Assembly: GCA_965200155.1 (NCBI GenBank) | Contig: CBDATR010000024.1 | Coordinates: forward strand, 256,001-320,000 | Origin: Nitrosopumilaceae archaeon | GTDB taxonomy: Archaea; Thermoproteota; Nitrososphaeria; Nitrososphaerales; Nitrosopumilaceae | DNA: 64,000 nucleotides | Reading direction: 5' to 3' | Part shown: positions 21,099 to 34,263 of the stretch, in pieces | Layout: the number at the start of each line of letters is the position of its first letter | How positions within the stretch are numbered: position 1 is the stretch's first letter | Made by a program: the position numbers and the translations under genes | The notes under the pieces: generated by a model | Told to the model about the DNA's origin: nothing | The model's input: only the letters and a program-made list of their open reading frames with translations | The model's database searches: none

Positions 21099-21479
21099 CT
21101 AGAGTAAGGCTGATGCGATATTCTCATCAGTACTTATTTGGACTAGCGATGTATTCAGATGCCTCGTCTCTATGAGCATATTTATGAATCGTATCCGATT
21201 ATCGATGAACGGGTCTCCGCTACTCCCGGACTGGATATGAGATATCATGGAATCATCATCAAGCATAATACGAACGGCATCACCATTCCTTATTGCAAAT
21301 ACGCCTATACCCCAAAACAACCCCACATGCAGTGCCATGAATCTAGATTGTACTAGCGAGACCTTGTCCCGGTATATCTCTGCCTGATTGCGCCACGCGT
21401 TAAGGGTATGTCCCTTGGTGCGTATGGACCAGGCTATTCGACAAGGCGTACCGTCGCTATACAGTATGTGCTCATCCAT
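21099..21479 (-). CDS. Hypothetical protein (possible degenerate RNase H-like fold)
   Basis: 126-aa ORF co-directional with and 12 bp after citrate synthase. Confidence 0.65.
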   Translation of the reverse strand: MDEHILYSDGTPCRIAWSIRTKGHTLNAWRNQAEIYRDKVSLVQSRFMALHVGLFWGIGVFAIRNGDAVRIMLDDDSMISHIQSGSSGDPFIDNRIRFINMLIETRHLNTSLVQISTDENIASALL

Positions 21480-21491
21480 ACTTGTGCCACA

Positions 21492-22655
21492 TCAGGCCCT
21501 AAGATTTATGGGCTGGTATTCGCAACCTTGGGGCCCACAGTACTTGCCCACATAGACCGCTTTTGGTCTGTATAGTGCAGGCTTGGGGGCGGCCTCGGCA
21601 AACTTTTCCTCTATTACGTGAGCGGCCCAGCCAGCCACTCTGGATATGGCAAATATGGGCGTGTTCAGATCCATGGGTATATTCAGCATATAGTAGATGG
21701 AGGCACTGTACAGGTCCACGTTGGGATAAATGTTACGGCCCTTGAGCCGTTTCATCTCAGATATGGTAAACTGCTCCACGCGCTGGGTAATATCAAACCA
21801 CGGCTGACCGGTCTTGGCCGCCAGTTTCTTTGACATGGCCTTTAGTACAAGGGCCCTAGGGTCATAAGTGCGATAAACTGCATGGCCCATACCCATTATG
21901 CGCTCACCGCGAGCCATTCTTTCTGTTATCCAGGGCTCTACATTGTCTATATCCCCTATATCCAGTAGCATCTTCATTACCTCATAGTTTGCCCCGCCAT
22001 GCAGCTCACCACTCAGAGCCCCGATTGCGGCGCTGGTTGCAGAATACATGTGAGCCCTTGTAGAGGCCACCTGCCTGGCGGTGAAAGTGGATGCATTGAA
22101 TGTGTGCTCCGCGTGTAATATCAGGCACACATCAAATATGGTCTCCAGCTCTTTATCCGGTACCTCCCCGGACATCATGTACAGAAAGTTGGCAGCGTGT
22201 CCCAGATTCGGATCCGGATCCACCAGACTCTTTCCATTACGTATGCGCTGCCAGCTGGCCACTATAGTGGGTACCTTGGCTATCAGATTTGATGCCCTAT
22301 CATAGCTGGACTCCTTGTTCGAGAACTCCTCGTCATAGTATCCGGCCAGGGCCGCAACAAAGGCCTGTAGCATATCCATAGGATCCGCGTCCTTGCGCCA
22401 GTTACCCATGTTCTTCTGCATCTGCTTTGGAATCCACCGGGCATCTGCCATCTTTTGCCTAAATTCGCGCAGTTGATCCTCAGATGGCAGGTCATCGTGT
22501 AATAACAGATATGCCGTCTCCTCGTAGGAGGAATTCCGGGTAAGATCCAGTATGTCATATCCGCGATATATCAGCTTGCCACGACTGCCATCTATATTGG
22601 ATACACGGGTATCTGCTACCTCTATTCCCCTTAGGCCTATATTTTTGGTCTCCAC
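21492..22655 (-). CDS. gltA: Citrate synthase
   Basis: GLRG, LIYRGY, HAEHTFNAST, LHGGAN, GMGHAVY..DPR and PNVD motifs. Confidence 0.95.
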   Translation of the reverse strand: METKNIGLRGIEVADTRVSNIDGSRGKLIYRGYDILDLTRNSSYEETAYLLLHDDLPSEDQLREFRQKMADARWIPKQMQKNMGNWRKDADPMDMLQAFVAALAGYYDEEFSNKESSYDRASNLIAKVPTIVASWQRIRNGKSLVDPDPNLGHAANFLYMMSGEVPDKELETIFDVCLILHAEHTFNASTFTARQVASTRAHMYSATSAAIGALSGELHGGANYEVMKMLLDIGDIDNVEPWITERMARGERIMGMGHAVYRTYDPRALVLKAMSKKLAAKTGQPWFDITQRVEQFTISEMKRLKGRNIYPNVDLYSASIYYMLNIPMDLNTPIFAISRVAGWAAHVIEEKFAEAAPKPALYRPKAVYVGKYCGPQGCEYQPINLRA

Positions 22656-22982
22656 AGTCTCCTGCCCTTTTTAGACTAATTAGAGTTTTTCCGACAATTG
22701 TATGAGTTCAGGGAACCTTCAATCACGTATCCAAATCATACTGCTACCGAATAATTACAGTATGATTGCTGTCGAGGGAGGCGGCACCAATCATTACAGT
22801 CCACTGCGTAAACTATTCAAGCATGAGTTTATGCGCGCCGGATTGGGACTACAAGAGTCAAGGCGGGAACGCATAGATGAATAATCAATTAGATGACACA
22901 TGGACATCGGGGCTGGTTAATCATTTCACAGACATGTGCGTATAAAGTTAGGTATATTTTATCACTGGACCGTTTTGTGATC

Positions 22983-24920
22983 ATGAAGTTTGAGCTGTGT
23001 TCAGACTTTGCCCCCACCGGGGATCAGCCCAAGGCCATAGAAAAGTTGGTGGAGGGAGTGCAAACGCGCCGCGTACAGACACTGCTTGGAGTGACCGGGA
23101 GCGGCAAGACGTTCACGGTGGCAAATGTCATAGCTAGAACGGGCAAAAATACACTACTAATATCCCATAACAAGACTTTGGCGGCTCAGTTATACTCCGA
23201 GCTAAAACAGTTCTTTCCCAATAACAACGTGGGCTATTTTGTATCATTCTATGACTATTACCAGCCAGAGAGCTATATAGCTCAGACTGACACATACATA
23301 GAGAAGGACACTAGGCGCAACGACGTAATTGAAAAGATGCGGCTGGAGTCTACTGCCATGCTCCTCTCCGGCAAGCCCACCATAATAGTGGCCACTGTTT
23401 CATGTATATACTCTCTTGGCAACCCCAAGGACTGGGGAGAGCTGGCACTTAGGCTAAGTGTAGGGGACAGAATTGAGCGCTCCACAATAATACACCGGTT
23501 ACTTGACGCTCGCTATGAGCGCAACGACATGGAGGTGGCGCCGGGCAACTTTAGGGTTCGCGGCGATACCATAGATGTCAGTCCTGCATACTCCGGAGAT
23601 GTGATCCGGCTGTCACTTTTTGGAGATAATCTGGAAAGAATATCGGTGCGAGACTCAGTAACGCTGGAAGAAAAATTCAGACTGCCGTCCATGATAATAT
23701 ACCCGGCCAAACACTACCTTACTGCCAAGGATGTACGGAGTCGCGCCATGCAAACCATAAGGGAAGAGTTGAAGGAAAGACTGTATGATCTGCCGGAACT
23801 GGAAGGTCAGAGACTGCAACACCGTACAAACTATGATTTAGAGATGATAGAGGAACTGGGCTACTGTTCCGGCATAGAGAATTACTCTAGACACTTTGAC
23901 GGACGCCAGCCAGGTGAAAAGGCGTTCTGCTTGCTTGATTTCTTTGGTGATGACTTTCTTCTAGTCATAGACGAGTGTCACGTCACACTGCCCCAGCTGC
24001 ACGCAATGTACAAGGGAGACTACTCCCGGAAGAAGCAACTGGTAGATTATGGATTCAGACTGCCCAGTGCGTATGATAACCGTCCCCTCAAGTTCGAAGA
24101 GTTCGAGGAGTACATGGAAAATGTTTTGCTGGTATCGGCTACGCCTGGTGAGTACGAGAAAGACAAGTCATACAGAATAGTCGAGCAGCTAGTCCGCCCC
24201 ACGGGATTGGTGGATCCCTCGGTGGAAGTGCGGCCAAGCAAGGACCAGATGAAAGATTTGATGCGCGAGATTCGCGAGCGAGTTAAGCGCTCGGAGAGAA
24301 TTTTGGTCACAACACTGACAAAGCGCATGGCTGAAGATCTGGCCGAATATCTCTCAAAGAACGAGATACAGGTCCGATACATGCACTCTGAGATAGAGGG
24401 ACTACAGAGGACTGAGCTGATAAGACAGTTGCGCCTGGGAGAATATGACGTGCTTGTGGGCATAAACCTGCTGCGAGAGGGACTGGACATACCCGAAGTA
24501 TCCATGGTTGCAGTACTGGACGCGGACAAGGAGGGATTCCTGCGAAATTATACCAGCCTTATACAGACCTTTGGGCGCGCCGCGCGCAACTCCAATGGTA
24601 ATGTGATAATGTATGCGGATGTCATTACAAAGTCCATGAGACATGCAATGAAGGAGACAGACAGGCGGCGGAATAGGCAAATCGAGTATAACAGGATACA
24701 TGGTATAATACCGCGCACAATATCAAAGCCAATCCCCCAGAAGGAGGCAGAAGTGAATGATGTTTCTATTCACAAGAGTACACACGACTTGAATGCCGAG
24801 TTGATAGATGCAGAGTCCCAGATGAAAAAATATTCCGGCCAGCTGGACTTTGAGAAGGCCATAGAGTACCGGGACAAGATAAAAAACATAGAACGGGAGC
24901 TGAATAACCGCCGTGGATAG
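22983..24920 (+). CDS. uvrB: Excinuclease ABC subunit B
   Basis: [28 protein letters not shown] and C-terminal UVR domain. Confidence 0.97.
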   Translation: MKFELCSDFAPTGDQPKAIEKLVEGVQTRRVQTLLGVTGSGKTFTVANVIARTGKNTLLISHNKTLAAQLYSELKQFFPNNNVGYFVSFYDYYQPESYIAQTDTYIEKDTRRNDVIEKMRLESTAMLLSGKPTIIVATVSCIYSLGNPKDWGELALRLSVGDRIERSTIIHRLLDARYERNDMEVAPGNFRVRGDTIDVSPAYSGDVIRLSLFGDNLERISVRDSVTLEEKFRLPSMIIYPAKHYLTAKDVRSRAMQTIREELKERLYDLPELEGQRLQHRTNYDLEMIEELGYCSGIENYSRHFDGRQPGEKAFCLLDFFGDDFLLVIDECHVTLPQLHAMYKGDYSRKKQLVDYGFRLPSAYDNRPLKFEEFEEYMENVLLVSATPGEYEKDKSYRIVEQLVRPTGLVDPSVEVRPSKDQMKDLMREIRERVKRSERILVTTLTKRMAEDLAEYLSKNEIQVRYMHSEIEGLQRTELIRQLRLGEYDVLVGINLLREGLDIPEVSMVAVLDADKEGFLRNYTSLIQTFGRAARNSNGNVIMYADVITKSMRHAMKETDRRRNRQIEYNRIHGIIPRTISKPIPQKEAEVNDVSIHKSTHDLNAELIDAESQMKKYSGQLDFEKAIEYRDKIKNIERELNNRRG

Positions 24921-27774
24921 TCTGATAGTTCGGGGAGCCCGGCACCATAACCTGAAAAACATAGACGTGGATTTGCCCAAAAATTCTCTCGTAGTTATCA
25001 GTGGCCTCTCGGGGTCCGGCAAGTCCACGCTGGCCTTCGACACCATATACGCGGAAGGTCAGAGGAGGTATGTGGAATCGCTCTCCGCATACGCACGCCA
25101 GTTTTTGGACATAATGGATAAACCGGATGTGGACTCCATAGAAGGACTCTCGCCAGCAATATCGATACAGCAAAAGACCACCAGCAAGAACCCGCGCTCC
25201 ACGATAGGCACAACCACAGAGATATACGACTATCTCCGGCTACTCTATTCCAGGGTGGGCACCCCCTACTGTCATAAATGTGAGCGACCCATATCCAGCC
25301 AGTCTGTAGAAACCATATGCGATACCGTAATACGGGAGTTTGACGGCATGGATATACTGGTTCTGGCGCCACTCATAAAAAGAAAGAAGGGCATTCACAA
25401 CAGGATCATAGCAAAGGTAAGCGCCGACGGCTACTCGCGGATTCGAGTGGACAAAACGGTACATAACCTGGATGACGAGATTCCTCCCCTGGACAGGCAG
25501 CAGTGGCACGACATTGAGATAGTCATTGACAGGATGCCCGCCACCCAATCACAGCGTACAAGGTTATTTGAGGCAATACAGACAGCGGTGGACGCAACGG
25601 AGGGTGAAGTCATGATATCCGCAGAGGGCAAGGAGAGCACACATTCCCAGAAGAATGCATGTCCTTATTGTGGTGTCAATATAGGAGAGATGGAGCCGCG
25701 AACATTCTCGTTTAACTCGCCATTTGGAATGTGCAAGGAATGCTCTGGCATGGGCGAGGAGTTTAGGCTGGATCCGGATCTGGTCATACCGGACAAGACA
25801 AAATCGATAATCGATGGCGCCATACAGCCATGGGGACCAAACATACCCCCGCCAATAATGGACATGATTACTCTCATAGCAAGAAAGTACAAGTTTAGGC
25901 TAGACACACCCATTGCGGATCTGAGCGAGAAGCAGATGGATGCGCTGGTATACGGACACATTCATTTACGCAAGGGTACCCCAGATCTTAGTGTTGGCGG
26001 TGAGAACGAAGCCAAGTATTTGTACCTAAAATCGCGCATGGGCACCGCAGACTTTAGGCTTAGTGTTGATGGGGTAATAGACCAGATTATGAGTGCTATG
26101 CCATTCATGGAGTTGGGGGATATGGAATCTGTCAAGGCCATGTTATGGAGGAACATGCCATGCTCAGTCTGCAAGGGCAGAAAGTTGCGCCCGGAGTCAC
26201 TCAACGTGCGCGTAGGGGGCAAGGGCATAATGGATGTGTGTAGTATGCCCATAAACCAGTGCATCCGTTTCTTTAAGGACATAGAGCTTGATGATACCGA
26301 GGCATTTATCGCCAGGGATATACTCAAAGAGATAAGGAGTCGCCTGAATTTTTTGAGTAATGTTGGCCTGACATATCTTACGCTTGACAGGAAGAGCGCC
26401 AGCCTGTCAGGGGGCGAGTCGCAGAGGATACGACTAGCGACACAGATAGGATCCAGTCTTACAGGCGTACTTTATGTCCTGGATGAGCCCACCATTGGCC
26501 TGCATCAGCGTGATAACTCCAGACTAATCGATACGCTCAGGTGTTTGAAGGATCTTGGGAATACCGTACTGGTAGTGGAGCATGATGAGGAGGTGATACG
26601 CAGTTCCGACTGGCTGGTGGATTTGGGACCGGCCGCGGGAGTGCACGGAGGGGAGGTGGTCTTTGAGGGAACCATGAAGGATATGACGAAGGACACCAAA
26701 TCTGTAACAGGAGACTATCTAATGGGAAGACGGCACATTACGTTAACGGACAGGGTCAGGAGTAGTGGCAAGTCACTTACCGTACTGGGAGCATCTCAGA
26801 ATAACCTAAAGGATATTGATGTGGAGTTTCCACTAGGGCAGTTTGTATGCGTGACAGGGGTATCCGGGTCGGGCAAATCCACGCTAGTAAATAGTATACT
26901 GCTAGCAGAGTTGCAGCATCGCCTAAGCCGTCCCACCACATGGGCAGGCAGGCACAAAGGCATAGTTGGAACAGAGCACATAGACAAGGTAATAAGTATA
27001 GACCAGTCACCCATAGGAAGGACACCGCGCTCCAATCCGGCCACATACATAGGCGTCTTTAGCCCCATACGGGAGTTATTTGCCAAGACCAGCATGGCCA
27101 AGTCGCGTGGCTATCTCCCAGGACAGTTCTCATTTAATGTGCAGAAGGGCCGGTGTTTTGAGTGCGAGGGCAGCGGACTGCGCCGCATAGAGATGCAGTT
27201 TCTGGCAGATGTCTATGTTAGGTGTAACAAGTGCAAGGGCAAGCGCTTTGACTCCCAGACACTACAGGTACGCTATCGTGGCAAGAACATTCATGACATA
27301 TTGGAGATGACCGTCGATGAGGCACTGGAGTTCTTTGAAAATCACAGGTCCATACATGCAAAAATAAAGACCGTACACGATGTGGGGCTAGGATACATAC
27401 GGCTGGGCCAGCCATCAACCACGCTTTCTGGTGGCGAGGCACAGCGCATAAAATTGTCATCAGAGCTGTCCAAGCGCGACACAGGACGCACACTGTATGT
27501 GCTAGATGAGCCTACCACGGGGCTGCATTTCGCGGATGTGGAAAAGTTGCTCTATGTACTAAACAGGCTGGTAAACCAGGGTAATACCGTAGTGGTCATA
27601 GAGCATAACATGGATGTAATAGCCAACTCGGACTGGGTGATAGATTTGGGGCCGGAAGGCGGAGATGATGGCGGACAGGTGGTGGCAACAGGCACCCCCG
27701 CACATGTAGCCACGACCAATACCTATACAGGACAATATCTAAAGAATATGCAAAAAATTGCTGGACATACGTAG
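24913..27774 (+). CDS. uvrA: Excinuclease ABC subunit A
   Basis: Two ABC modules ([21 protein letters not shown]), Zn fingers and [11 protein letters not shown]. Confidence 0.97.
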   Translation: MDSLIVRGARHHNLKNIDVDLPKNSLVVISGLSGSGKSTLAFDTIYAEGQRRYVESLSAYARQFLDIMDKPDVDSIEGLSPAISIQQKTTSKNPRSTIGTTTEIYDYLRLLYSRVGTPYCHKCERPISSQSVETICDTVIREFDGMDILVLAPLIKRKKGIHNRIIAKVSADGYSRIRVDKTVHNLDDEIPPLDRQQWHDIEIVIDRMPATQSQRTRLFEAIQTAVDATEGEVMISAEGKESTHSQKNACPYCGVNIGEMEPRTFSFNSPFGMCKECSGMGEEFRLDPDLVIPDKTKSIIDGAIQPWGPNIPPPIMDMITLIARKYKFRLDTPIADLSEKQMDALVYGHIHLRKGTPDLSVGGENEAKYLYLKSRMGTADFRLSVDGVIDQIMSAMPFMELGDMESVKAMLWRNMPCSVCKGRKLRPESLNVRVGGKGIMDVCSMPINQCIRFFKDIELDDTEAFIARDILKEIRSRLNFLSNVGLTYLTLDRKSASLSGGESQRIRLATQIGSSLTGVLYVLDEPTIGLHQRDNSRLIDTLRCLKDLGNTVLVVEHDEEVIRSSDWLVDLGPAAGVHGGEVVFEGTMKDMTKDTKSVTGDYLMGRRHITLTDRVRSSGKSLTVLGASQNNLKDIDVEFPLGQFVCVTGVSGSGKSTLVNSILLAELQHRLSRPTTWAGRHKGIVGTEHIDKVISIDQSPIGRTPRSNPATYIGVFSPIRELFAKTSMAKSRGYLPGQFSFNVQKGRCFECEGSGLRRIEMQFLADVYVRCNKCKGKRFDSQTLQVRYRGKNIHDILEMTVDEALEFFENHRSIHAKIKTVHDVGLGYIRLGQPSTTLSGGEAQRIKLSSELSKRDTGRTLYVLDEPTTGLHFADVEKLLYVLNRLVNQGNTVVVIEHNMDVIANSDWVIDLGPEGGDDGGQVVATGTPAHVATTNTYTGQYLKNMQKIAGHT

Positions 27775-29341
27775 TATAACCATCCCGGAGCAGCCGGGAA
27801 TATACATAATGAAAGATGCCCAGAATGTAATAATATACATCGGCAAGGCAAAGAATTTGAGAAAACGGGTCAGGTCATATTTTAACAAGAGGCAGGATTA
27901 CAAGACAGCCAAACTGGTAGAGCGGATAAACAGCATTGAGTTTGTCCTGACAGATACCGAGAGTGAGGCATACATATTAGAGTCCGGCATGATAAAGCGG
28001 CACCGCCCCAAGTTCAACATAGAATTAAAGGATCAGGAGCGGTACACGTATCTGCGGGTAACAAGGGAAAAGTATCCGCGTCTTGTGGTTGCCAGGCGCA
28101 GCAAGAATGGTACGTTCCTGGGGGGTGGCGAGATCTTTGGGCCTTTTGTGCATGGCAGCTCCAAGCTGCTAACAATAGGAACGCTGCGCAAGACATTCAA
28201 GATTAGAATCTGCAAGACCCTTCCCAAGAAAGTGTGCCTGGAGTATCATCTTGGAAACTGCGAGGGACCCTGTGAATTCGTCCAGGCCCAGGAGAGATAT
28301 GAAAAACACATAGCCAACGTAAAGGATGTACTACGGGACAAGAATCAGTCAGGTGCATTTGCGGCCAAACTTCATGAGGAGATGACGGCGGCCGCGGACA
28401 TGCTACAGTTTGAGAGGGCACAAGAGATACGAGATACACTGACGCGACTAGGCAGCCTACAGAGCGAGCAAAAGATGTCCCACCCCCATGGTGCTGACGA
28501 GGAGTTCTTTGCCATTAAGACAAATAATGGCGAGGCTGTGGTGATGAATTTTCGCATGAGATCCGGTGTAATACGGGACAGTGAAAAGTTCTTTTTTGAC
28601 ACGGTAGGAGACAATAATTTTACCAATTTTTTATACCAATACTACACGACACACACCATACCTGAAATCATAATACTTAACGAGGAGCCGCAGAACCGCC
28701 CCATGCTGGAGAATTTGCTAAGCCAGCAGGCCGGGCACAGTGTTAGCATAATGCGGCCGACCACCCAGATGCGCCAGGGAATGATTGACTTGTTATTAAA
28801 AAATATAAACGTATTACTGCAGAATAATATTGAGCCGGGCATTCAGGAATTACAAAATGTGCTAAAAAGCAAAAATCCCCCAAAAATAATAGAATGTTTT
28901 GATATATCCAATCACGGCGAGGAGTATGCAGTGGGATCCATGTCCCGTTTCATAAATGGAAAGCCGGACAAGTCCGGATACCGCAAGTTCAGGATAAAGA
29001 CAGTAAAGGGCAGGGACGACTACTCGATGATGTTCGAGGTAGTAAGGCGCCGGTATGTGCGGCTCAAAAAAGAGAATGCAGCCATGCCGGATCTGGTACT
29101 TTTGGACGGGGGAAGGGGCCAGCTGAGATTTGCCCTATCAGCACTAAAATATGCCGGAGTGTCACTATCTTGCGCCTCCCTTGCCAAAGAGAATGAGGAG
29201 GTATACGTACCGGATCAGACTGTGCCTATACGTATGCCCAAAAGTAATGCAGGTCTCAGGATACTGCAGCATGCTCGCGACGAAGCACACCGGTTTGGGG
29301 TAGCATATAATCGCGCAATAAGACGGCAGCAGTTAAAGTAG
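27758..29341 (+). CDS. uvrC: Excinuclease ABC subunit C
   Basis: GIY-YIG, FDISN, DGGRGQ and RDEAHRF; lacks the C-terminal HhH tail. Confidence 0.95.
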   Translation: MLDIRSITIPEQPGIYIMKDAQNVIIYIGKAKNLRKRVRSYFNKRQDYKTAKLVERINSIEFVLTDTESEAYILESGMIKRHRPKFNIELKDQERYTYLRVTREKYPRLVVARRSKNGTFLGGGEIFGPFVHGSSKLLTIGTLRKTFKIRICKTLPKKVCLEYHLGNCEGPCEFVQAQERYEKHIANVKDVLRDKNQSGAFAAKLHEEMTAAADMLQFERAQEIRDTLTRLGSLQSEQKMSHPHGADEEFFAIKTNNGEAVVMNFRMRSGVIRDSEKFFFDTVGDNNFTNFLYQYYTTHTIPEIIILNEEPQNRPMLENLLSQQAGHSVSIMRPTTQMRQGMIDLLLKNINVLLQNNIEPGIQELQNVLKSKNPPKIIECFDISNHGEEYAVGSMSRFINGKPDKSGYRKFRIKTVKGRDDYSMMFEVVRRRYVRLKKENAAMPDLVLLDGGRGQLRFALSALKYAGVSLSCASLAKENEEVYVPDQTVPIRMPKSNAGLRILQHARDEAHRFGVAYNRAIRRQQLK

Positions 29342-29524
29342 TCAGAATATTATGCAAAACAGGTCTGCAAAGATCAACTAACACACGCAAAATCCAGCAT
29401 GGCTTCTTTCGAACCTATTTGGGAATAGTCAATTTCACCGCCGACTCACTCTTATCGTTCTTGATAACCCCAGCGATACAAACGGCGTGGTATGGTTTAA
29501 AAACTAATATGAACAGTAGTCCGC

Positions 29525-29806
29525 ATGGCAATACATAGGAGCAGTATGCAGATAGTAGCTGACATGCTGGTAGCCACACAGGACTATGGCAGGGAGGGAA
29601 TAAAGCCCACCATATTACTTAGCAAGGCGAATCTTTCACACTCTAGACTGGTGAAATTTCTGGAGAATCTTACTGGCGCGGGATTAGTGAACAAGATAGA
29701 GTATGACGGCAGGCACACGTTTGTGATCACCCCCAAGGGCAGGCAGTATCTTGAGTCATACCAGAAATTTTACAGTATAGCAAATTCTTTTGGGCTTGAG
29801 CTATGA
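29525..29806 (+). CDS. Winged-helix transcriptional regulator
   Basis: R.SMQI..DML, KANLSH and ITPKG pattern of archaeal wHTH; TATA-like tttaaa upstream. Confidence 0.85.
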   Translation: MAIHRSSMQIVADMLVATQDYGREGIKPTILLSKANLSHSRLVKFLENLTGAGLVNKIEYDGRHTFVITPKGRQYLESYQKFYSIANSFGLEL

Positions 29807-29926
29807 CTGACGAAAAAACACCGTAAAATGAGTAAACATTTCTTTAATTTTGTTACACGGCGCCAAAGAAGGTGATTTTTCACTCGGAAATGACATGTTT
29901 TTCGTAGTTGAAATACATGAATTGTT

Positions 29927-30027
29927 GCATGAGTTCACGTCTTCCGGAATCTTGTGCACAAATCACATTAACTAGAACAACCTGTTCCATCAGTTGTGCG
30001 TAAATTTAGACACAGATGAACTCATAC
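29927..30027 (+). mobile_element. 101-bp MITE variant B, copy 5
   Basis: TIRs with single mismatches; TSD gaattgtt. Confidence 0.93.
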
Positions 30028-30330
30028 GAATTGTTTAATCTTTGACACAGTAATGGAATGTCATGTGCGCTCTTATGAAATGGTGTCCAGAGAGAGTACG
30101 TCTAAGAGACCAAGCAGAGAGCCAGACCATATCAAAAATGCAAATGAGTGCATACGCCTTGATGAAAATTTATCAATAGTGCAAATGGCTAGGTGCAAAT
30201 CAAGTATAAGAACAACATATCACTACGATTAGTGTGAACTCACAAAATGCAGGTGATTCGTACAAGTTTGCGTCTTTTCCAATGTGCGTAAATTTAGGTT
30301 ACAGGCAAATACAAAATTAGTATTAACCAG

Positions 30331-31362
30331 CTAGGGTACCAAAACGGCTCTGGCTTTTATTTTTGAATACTTGAGCATACGAAGAACCTCATTAGCTTTC
30401 TCCAACGGGAACGACTCGTATACTACAGATAATTTCTTTTCATCGGCTATACGAATTACATCCTCCATGTCCTTGGTGGAGCCTATGAGTGTCCCCCGAA
30501 TAGTCTTCTCCTCAAACGCCTGAAAATGGGGACGTTCGCCAATTGTGGCTATCACTACAAGACCGCCCTTTTTGGTAGCCTTGATAGCAGTATCAGTCAC
30601 TCTATCGGAGGGCGCAAATACTATCGCCGCATCCAAAACGCCCATTTGACGTATGCTCTCGAAAACGTATTCCCCATCATCCTTGTACTGTATGATATCA
30701 TTGGCGCCCAGATCTTTAGCCACCTGCAAGTGTTCCAGATTTCTGGATATGGCTATGACCCTGCACTTATAGTGTACTGCAAACTGTATAGCCAAATGAC
30801 CCACTCCGCCTATTCCAAATATGGCGATAGTACGATGAGATTCAGGCTCAGCGGCCTTTACTGCCTTATACGCAGTTATTCCGGCGCAAAATAGCGGTGC
30901 AGCATATTCAGAAGACATTGAGTCAGGTATACGGGTGGCAAACTGCTCGGACACGGTTATGTATTCCGCATAACCGCCCCGCAGGGTCTCTCCAGTGATT
31001 TCAGCAAAATCACACAACTGCTCTTTACCATCCTGGCAGTACACGCAATCACCACATGTAGATAGTAACGGGGTAACACCTGCGCGATCACCTACCCGAA
31101 ATTTTGTAACAGCGTCGCCTATCTGTATCACCGTACCTACAAGCTCGTGTCCGGGGACTGTTGGTAATGTTGGAGGTATTCCAATATGCTGCCAGTCTCC
31201 CTCTATCCCATGTATCTGTGAATGGCATACACCACATGCCTCTATTTTGAGCAGGATATCATCGGGATTCCCAATCTCGTGTCGCGCTACTTCCATCATC
31301 TTTAATGGATCGTTCTCCAGTTTTTTACATGCATGAAGAACCATTGCGCGCATCATTGCCAT
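30331..31362 (-). CDS. Zinc-dependent alcohol dehydrogenase
   Basis: CGVCH, GHE, CxxCxxC..C and GIGGVG. Confidence 0.9.
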   Translation of the reverse strand: MAMMRAMVLHACKKLENDPLKMMEVARHEIGNPDDILLKIEACGVCHSQIHGIEGDWQHIGIPPTLPTVPGHELVGTVIQIGDAVTKFRVGDRAGVTPLLSTCGDCVYCQDGKEQLCDFAEITGETLRGGYAEYITVSEQFATRIPDSMSSEYAAPLFCAGITAYKAVKAAEPESHRTIAIFGIGGVGHLAIQFAVHYKCRVIAISRNLEHLQVAKDLGANDIIQYKDDGEYVFESIRQMGVLDAAIVFAPSDRVTDTAIKATKKGGLVVIATIGERPHFQAFEEKTIRGTLIGSTKDMEDVIRIADEKKLSVVYESFPLEKANEVLRMLKYSKIKARAVLVP

Positions 31363-31656
31363 AGAATACCCCTTGACGAGACGAAATTTTAGTCTTGTTC
31401 ATGCAAACACCAAATGGTGATTTTAAACAGGCGCCATTCACATGACATTGACTAGCGATGCCGGCGACAATCTCGATCATTCGCGAAGTCAAACAGAAAG
31501 CAAGGAGCCTGTACAAATTTTATGCCAGTATTTGTACATAAAAGTGGGCATACGTAAACTCGCACATTAGCCTGGATTTTTGGGGCGAGTGATGATTGCG
31601 TATACATATAGACAGACGGGATAAAGAAAAATAAACCAACCACAGTAATACACACG

Positions 31657-31899
31657 TTGGACAAGAAGATTACCAAGGAAGATATGGAACGAGTACGGTT
31701 ACTCAATAAGATTACAGCATCAAAACATGCATTCAACCAGCTGTCGCTGGATGAGCTCAAAAGATTGCAATTATTGGTTGAGAAGAAAGATTATTCCTAC
31801 AGTAAAAAAGCAGAAAAATCCAAGAAAAAATTGTTGCGTAACATAAACGCGCGAATATATGAATTAGAGGAGGGGCGCAGTATATGGGGGGCGCCCTAG
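31657..31899 (+). CDS. Small basic hypothetical protein
   Basis: 80-aa Lys-rich ORF just upstream of the YyaL-like gene. Confidence 0.6.
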   Translation: MDKKITKEDMERVRLLNKITASKHAFNQLSLDELKRLQLLVEKKDYSYSKKAEKSKKKLLRNINARIYELEEGRSIWGAP

Positions 31900-31930
31900 A
31901 TACAAATAATGTACCAATGATTGCACATTT

Positions 31931-33946
31931 GTGACAAAAAACCTCTTGGACCAAGAGAGTAGCCCGTACCTGCTACAGCATGCAAATAATCCCGTACACT
32001 GGTTTCCATGGGGAAGGGACGCGCTGGATCGCGCCAAAAAAGATAACCGGCTCATATTTCTAAGTATAGGATACAGTGCATGTCACTGGTGTCACGTTAT
32101 GGCGCACGAATCCTTTGAAAACAAGGATGTGGCAGATATAATGAACGAGTATTTCGTGAACATAAAGGTGGATCGTGAGGAACGTCCAGACATTGATGCG
32201 ATATACCAAAGTGCCTGCCAGCATGCTACAGGCCAAGGCGGGTGGCCACTTAGTGTGTTTTTAACGCCCGAACAAAAGCCGGTCTATATTGGAACGTATT
32301 TTCCGGTATTGGATGGATATGGCAGACCGGGATTTGGTAGCCTAATTCGTCAGTTGGCGCAGGCATGGAAAGAGAGACCATCAGACATGGTAAAAGCGGC
32401 AGAAAAATTCACAACAAACCTGAATGTGATAGCGCCCACGCATTCCAGTATAGTGGACAGGTCACTGCTGGATGAGGCAGTCGTTACTCTATTACAGCTA
32501 GGAGACACCACGTACGGCGGCTTTGGCTCCGCCCCAAAATTTCCCAATGTGGCATGTATATCGTTTTTGTTTCGCTATGCGCAGTTGTCAGGTATATCAA
32601 AGTTCACAGATTTCGCCCTACGCAGTTTAAGAAAGATGGCCAAGGGAGGAATATTCGATCAGCTGGCCGGTGGTTTTCATCGCTATTCCACAGACAGGCA
32701 GTGGTTGGTACCACATTTTGAGAAGATGCTATACGACAATGCGCTAATACCTATGAATTATGCGGAAGCCTATCAGATCACACAAGATGAATTTTTTCTA
32801 AAAATCATGAAAAAGACCCTGAACTTCGTATTGCGGGATATGACATCGCCGGAGGGCGTATTCTATTCGGCATTAGATGCAGACTCGGAAGGTGAGGAAG
32901 GCAGATTCTATGTATGGTCCAAAGCAGAAATTCTGGACATATTAGGTGATGATGCAGACGTATTCTGCCCATATTACGATGTGACTGCCGGTGGAAATTG
33001 GGAAGGTAACAACATACTATGCAATAATTTGAACCTCTCTACGGTAGCATCATTGCATTCTATGCAGAAGGAGGACGTACAACAGATACTAGACAGATGC
33101 GAGGGCAAACTTCTAGCAATTCGAGAGACACGTCAAAAACCGGGACTAGATGACAAGGTACTTGCATCATGGAACGGCATGATGATAACCGCCCTAGCCC
33201 GGGGTTATCGAGTCTCTAGCGATGACAGATACATGGATGCTGCACGCAAGGCGCTCCAAGTCATAATGGATAACATGTTAGACCGGAATGGCATATACCG
33301 AATATATGGTAGTACGGGAATACGAGGATTTCTGGAGGATTATGCTTGGGTGTGTGGAGCCTTGCTGGATGTATTTGAGGAGTGTCCCGACAAGACGTAC
33401 CTGGATGCTGCACATAATTTGGGAGAACATATGTGTGAGCGCTTTTGGGACGACACAAACGAACAGTTCTTTATGACTCCCAATGATCATGAGAGTCTCA
33501 TAATGCGCCCAATCAGCGAGTACGACATGTCTGTTCCATCTGGAAGCTCGGTAGCCATAATGTGTATGACTCGTCTGTACCACCTAACAGGAGAGAACAA
33601 GTTTTTGGATGTGGCCACCCGTACACTTAAGTCCAAGATTCGCAAGGCAGCAGACAACCCGTTTGCCTTTGGCCACCTGCTTAATGCGGCACACATGCAT
33701 GTACGGGGAGTTACAGAAGTTACGGTTCTCGGTGCCGACGACAACATTAGAAGAATGCTTTCTAGTAAATTTCTGCCAGAAGACATGGTCATTAATGTTC
33801 AAAACGAGACACAAATCCAGAATCTGGAAGAATATCAATTTTTTAGCGGAAAACGTTTCGAGAGGGAAACCAGTGCATATGTATGCAAGAATGGGACATG
33901 CTCCCCACCACTCTTTACCATTCCAGACATAGAGGCGCGCCTCTAA
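31931..33946 (+). CDS. Thioredoxin-domain protein (YyaL/SPATA20 family)
   Basis: [30 protein letters not shown] and PHFEKMLYD. Confidence 0.93.
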   Translation: MTKNLLDQESSPYLLQHANNPVHWFPWGRDALDRAKKDNRLIFLSIGYSACHWCHVMAHESFENKDVADIMNEYFVNIKVDREERPDIDAIYQSACQHATGQGGWPLSVFLTPEQKPVYIGTYFPVLDGYGRPGFGSLIRQLAQAWKERPSDMVKAAEKFTTNLNVIAPTHSSIVDRSLLDEAVVTLLQLGDTTYGGFGSAPKFPNVACISFLFRYAQLSGISKFTDFALRSLRKMAKGGIFDQLAGGFHRYSTDRQWLVPHFEKMLYDNALIPMNYAEAYQITQDEFFLKIMKKTLNFVLRDMTSPEGVFYSALDADSEGEEGRFYVWSKAEILDILGDDADVFCPYYDVTAGGNWEGNNILCNNLNLSTVASLHSMQKEDVQQILDRCEGKLLAIRETRQKPGLDDKVLASWNGMMITALARGYRVSSDDRYMDAARKALQVIMDNMLDRNGIYRIYGSTGIRGFLEDYAWVCGALLDVFEECPDKTYLDAAHNLGEHMCERFWDDTNEQFFMTPNDHESLIMRPISEYDMSVPSGSSVAIMCMTRLYHLTGENKFLDVATRTLKSKIRKAADNPFAFGHLLNAAHMHVRGVTEVTVLGADDNIRRMLSSKFLPEDMVINVQNETQIQNLEEYQFFSGKRFERETSAYVCKNGTCSPPLFTIPDIEARL

Positions 33947-34263
33947 ATCTTTTCTAGATTTAAAAGTAATATGTCACCGACGCGCGGGTTACCCATATTC
34001 ACATATCTAGACTTGGGCATGGCCATGGTTATCTGCGTTGAACGGTAACTATTGACTTTTATCGTGGGCTGAGTTTGTAATACGGCCTCCAACAGGGGCA
34101 TGACTTGCTTTCGCGTATTGGGATCAAGCTTCTTGTGTGCATTTTCCATTATCAATTGTTTTTGGGATATAGGCTCCGTAGAGACATTCTCTATCAGCGT
34201 AAGCTGTATTGTTTGACCATTATCCACAATTTGTTTTACCTTGAATTCATTTGTCTCAGACAT
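33943..34263 (-). CDS. Hypothetical protein
   Basis: 106-aa ORF converging on the YyaL-like gene. Confidence 0.65.
   Translation of the reverse strand: MSETNEFKVKQIVDNGQTIQLTLIENVSTEPISQKQLIMENAHKKLDPNTRKQVMPLLEAVLQTQPTIKVNSYRSTQITMAMPKSRYVNMGNPRVGDILLLNLEKI

Noticed and set aside
30270-30315. Weak MITE-like fragments (also near 34334, 38533 and 46135)
   Set aside because: Only partial motifs without paired TIRs or TSDs; cannot be delimited by eye.
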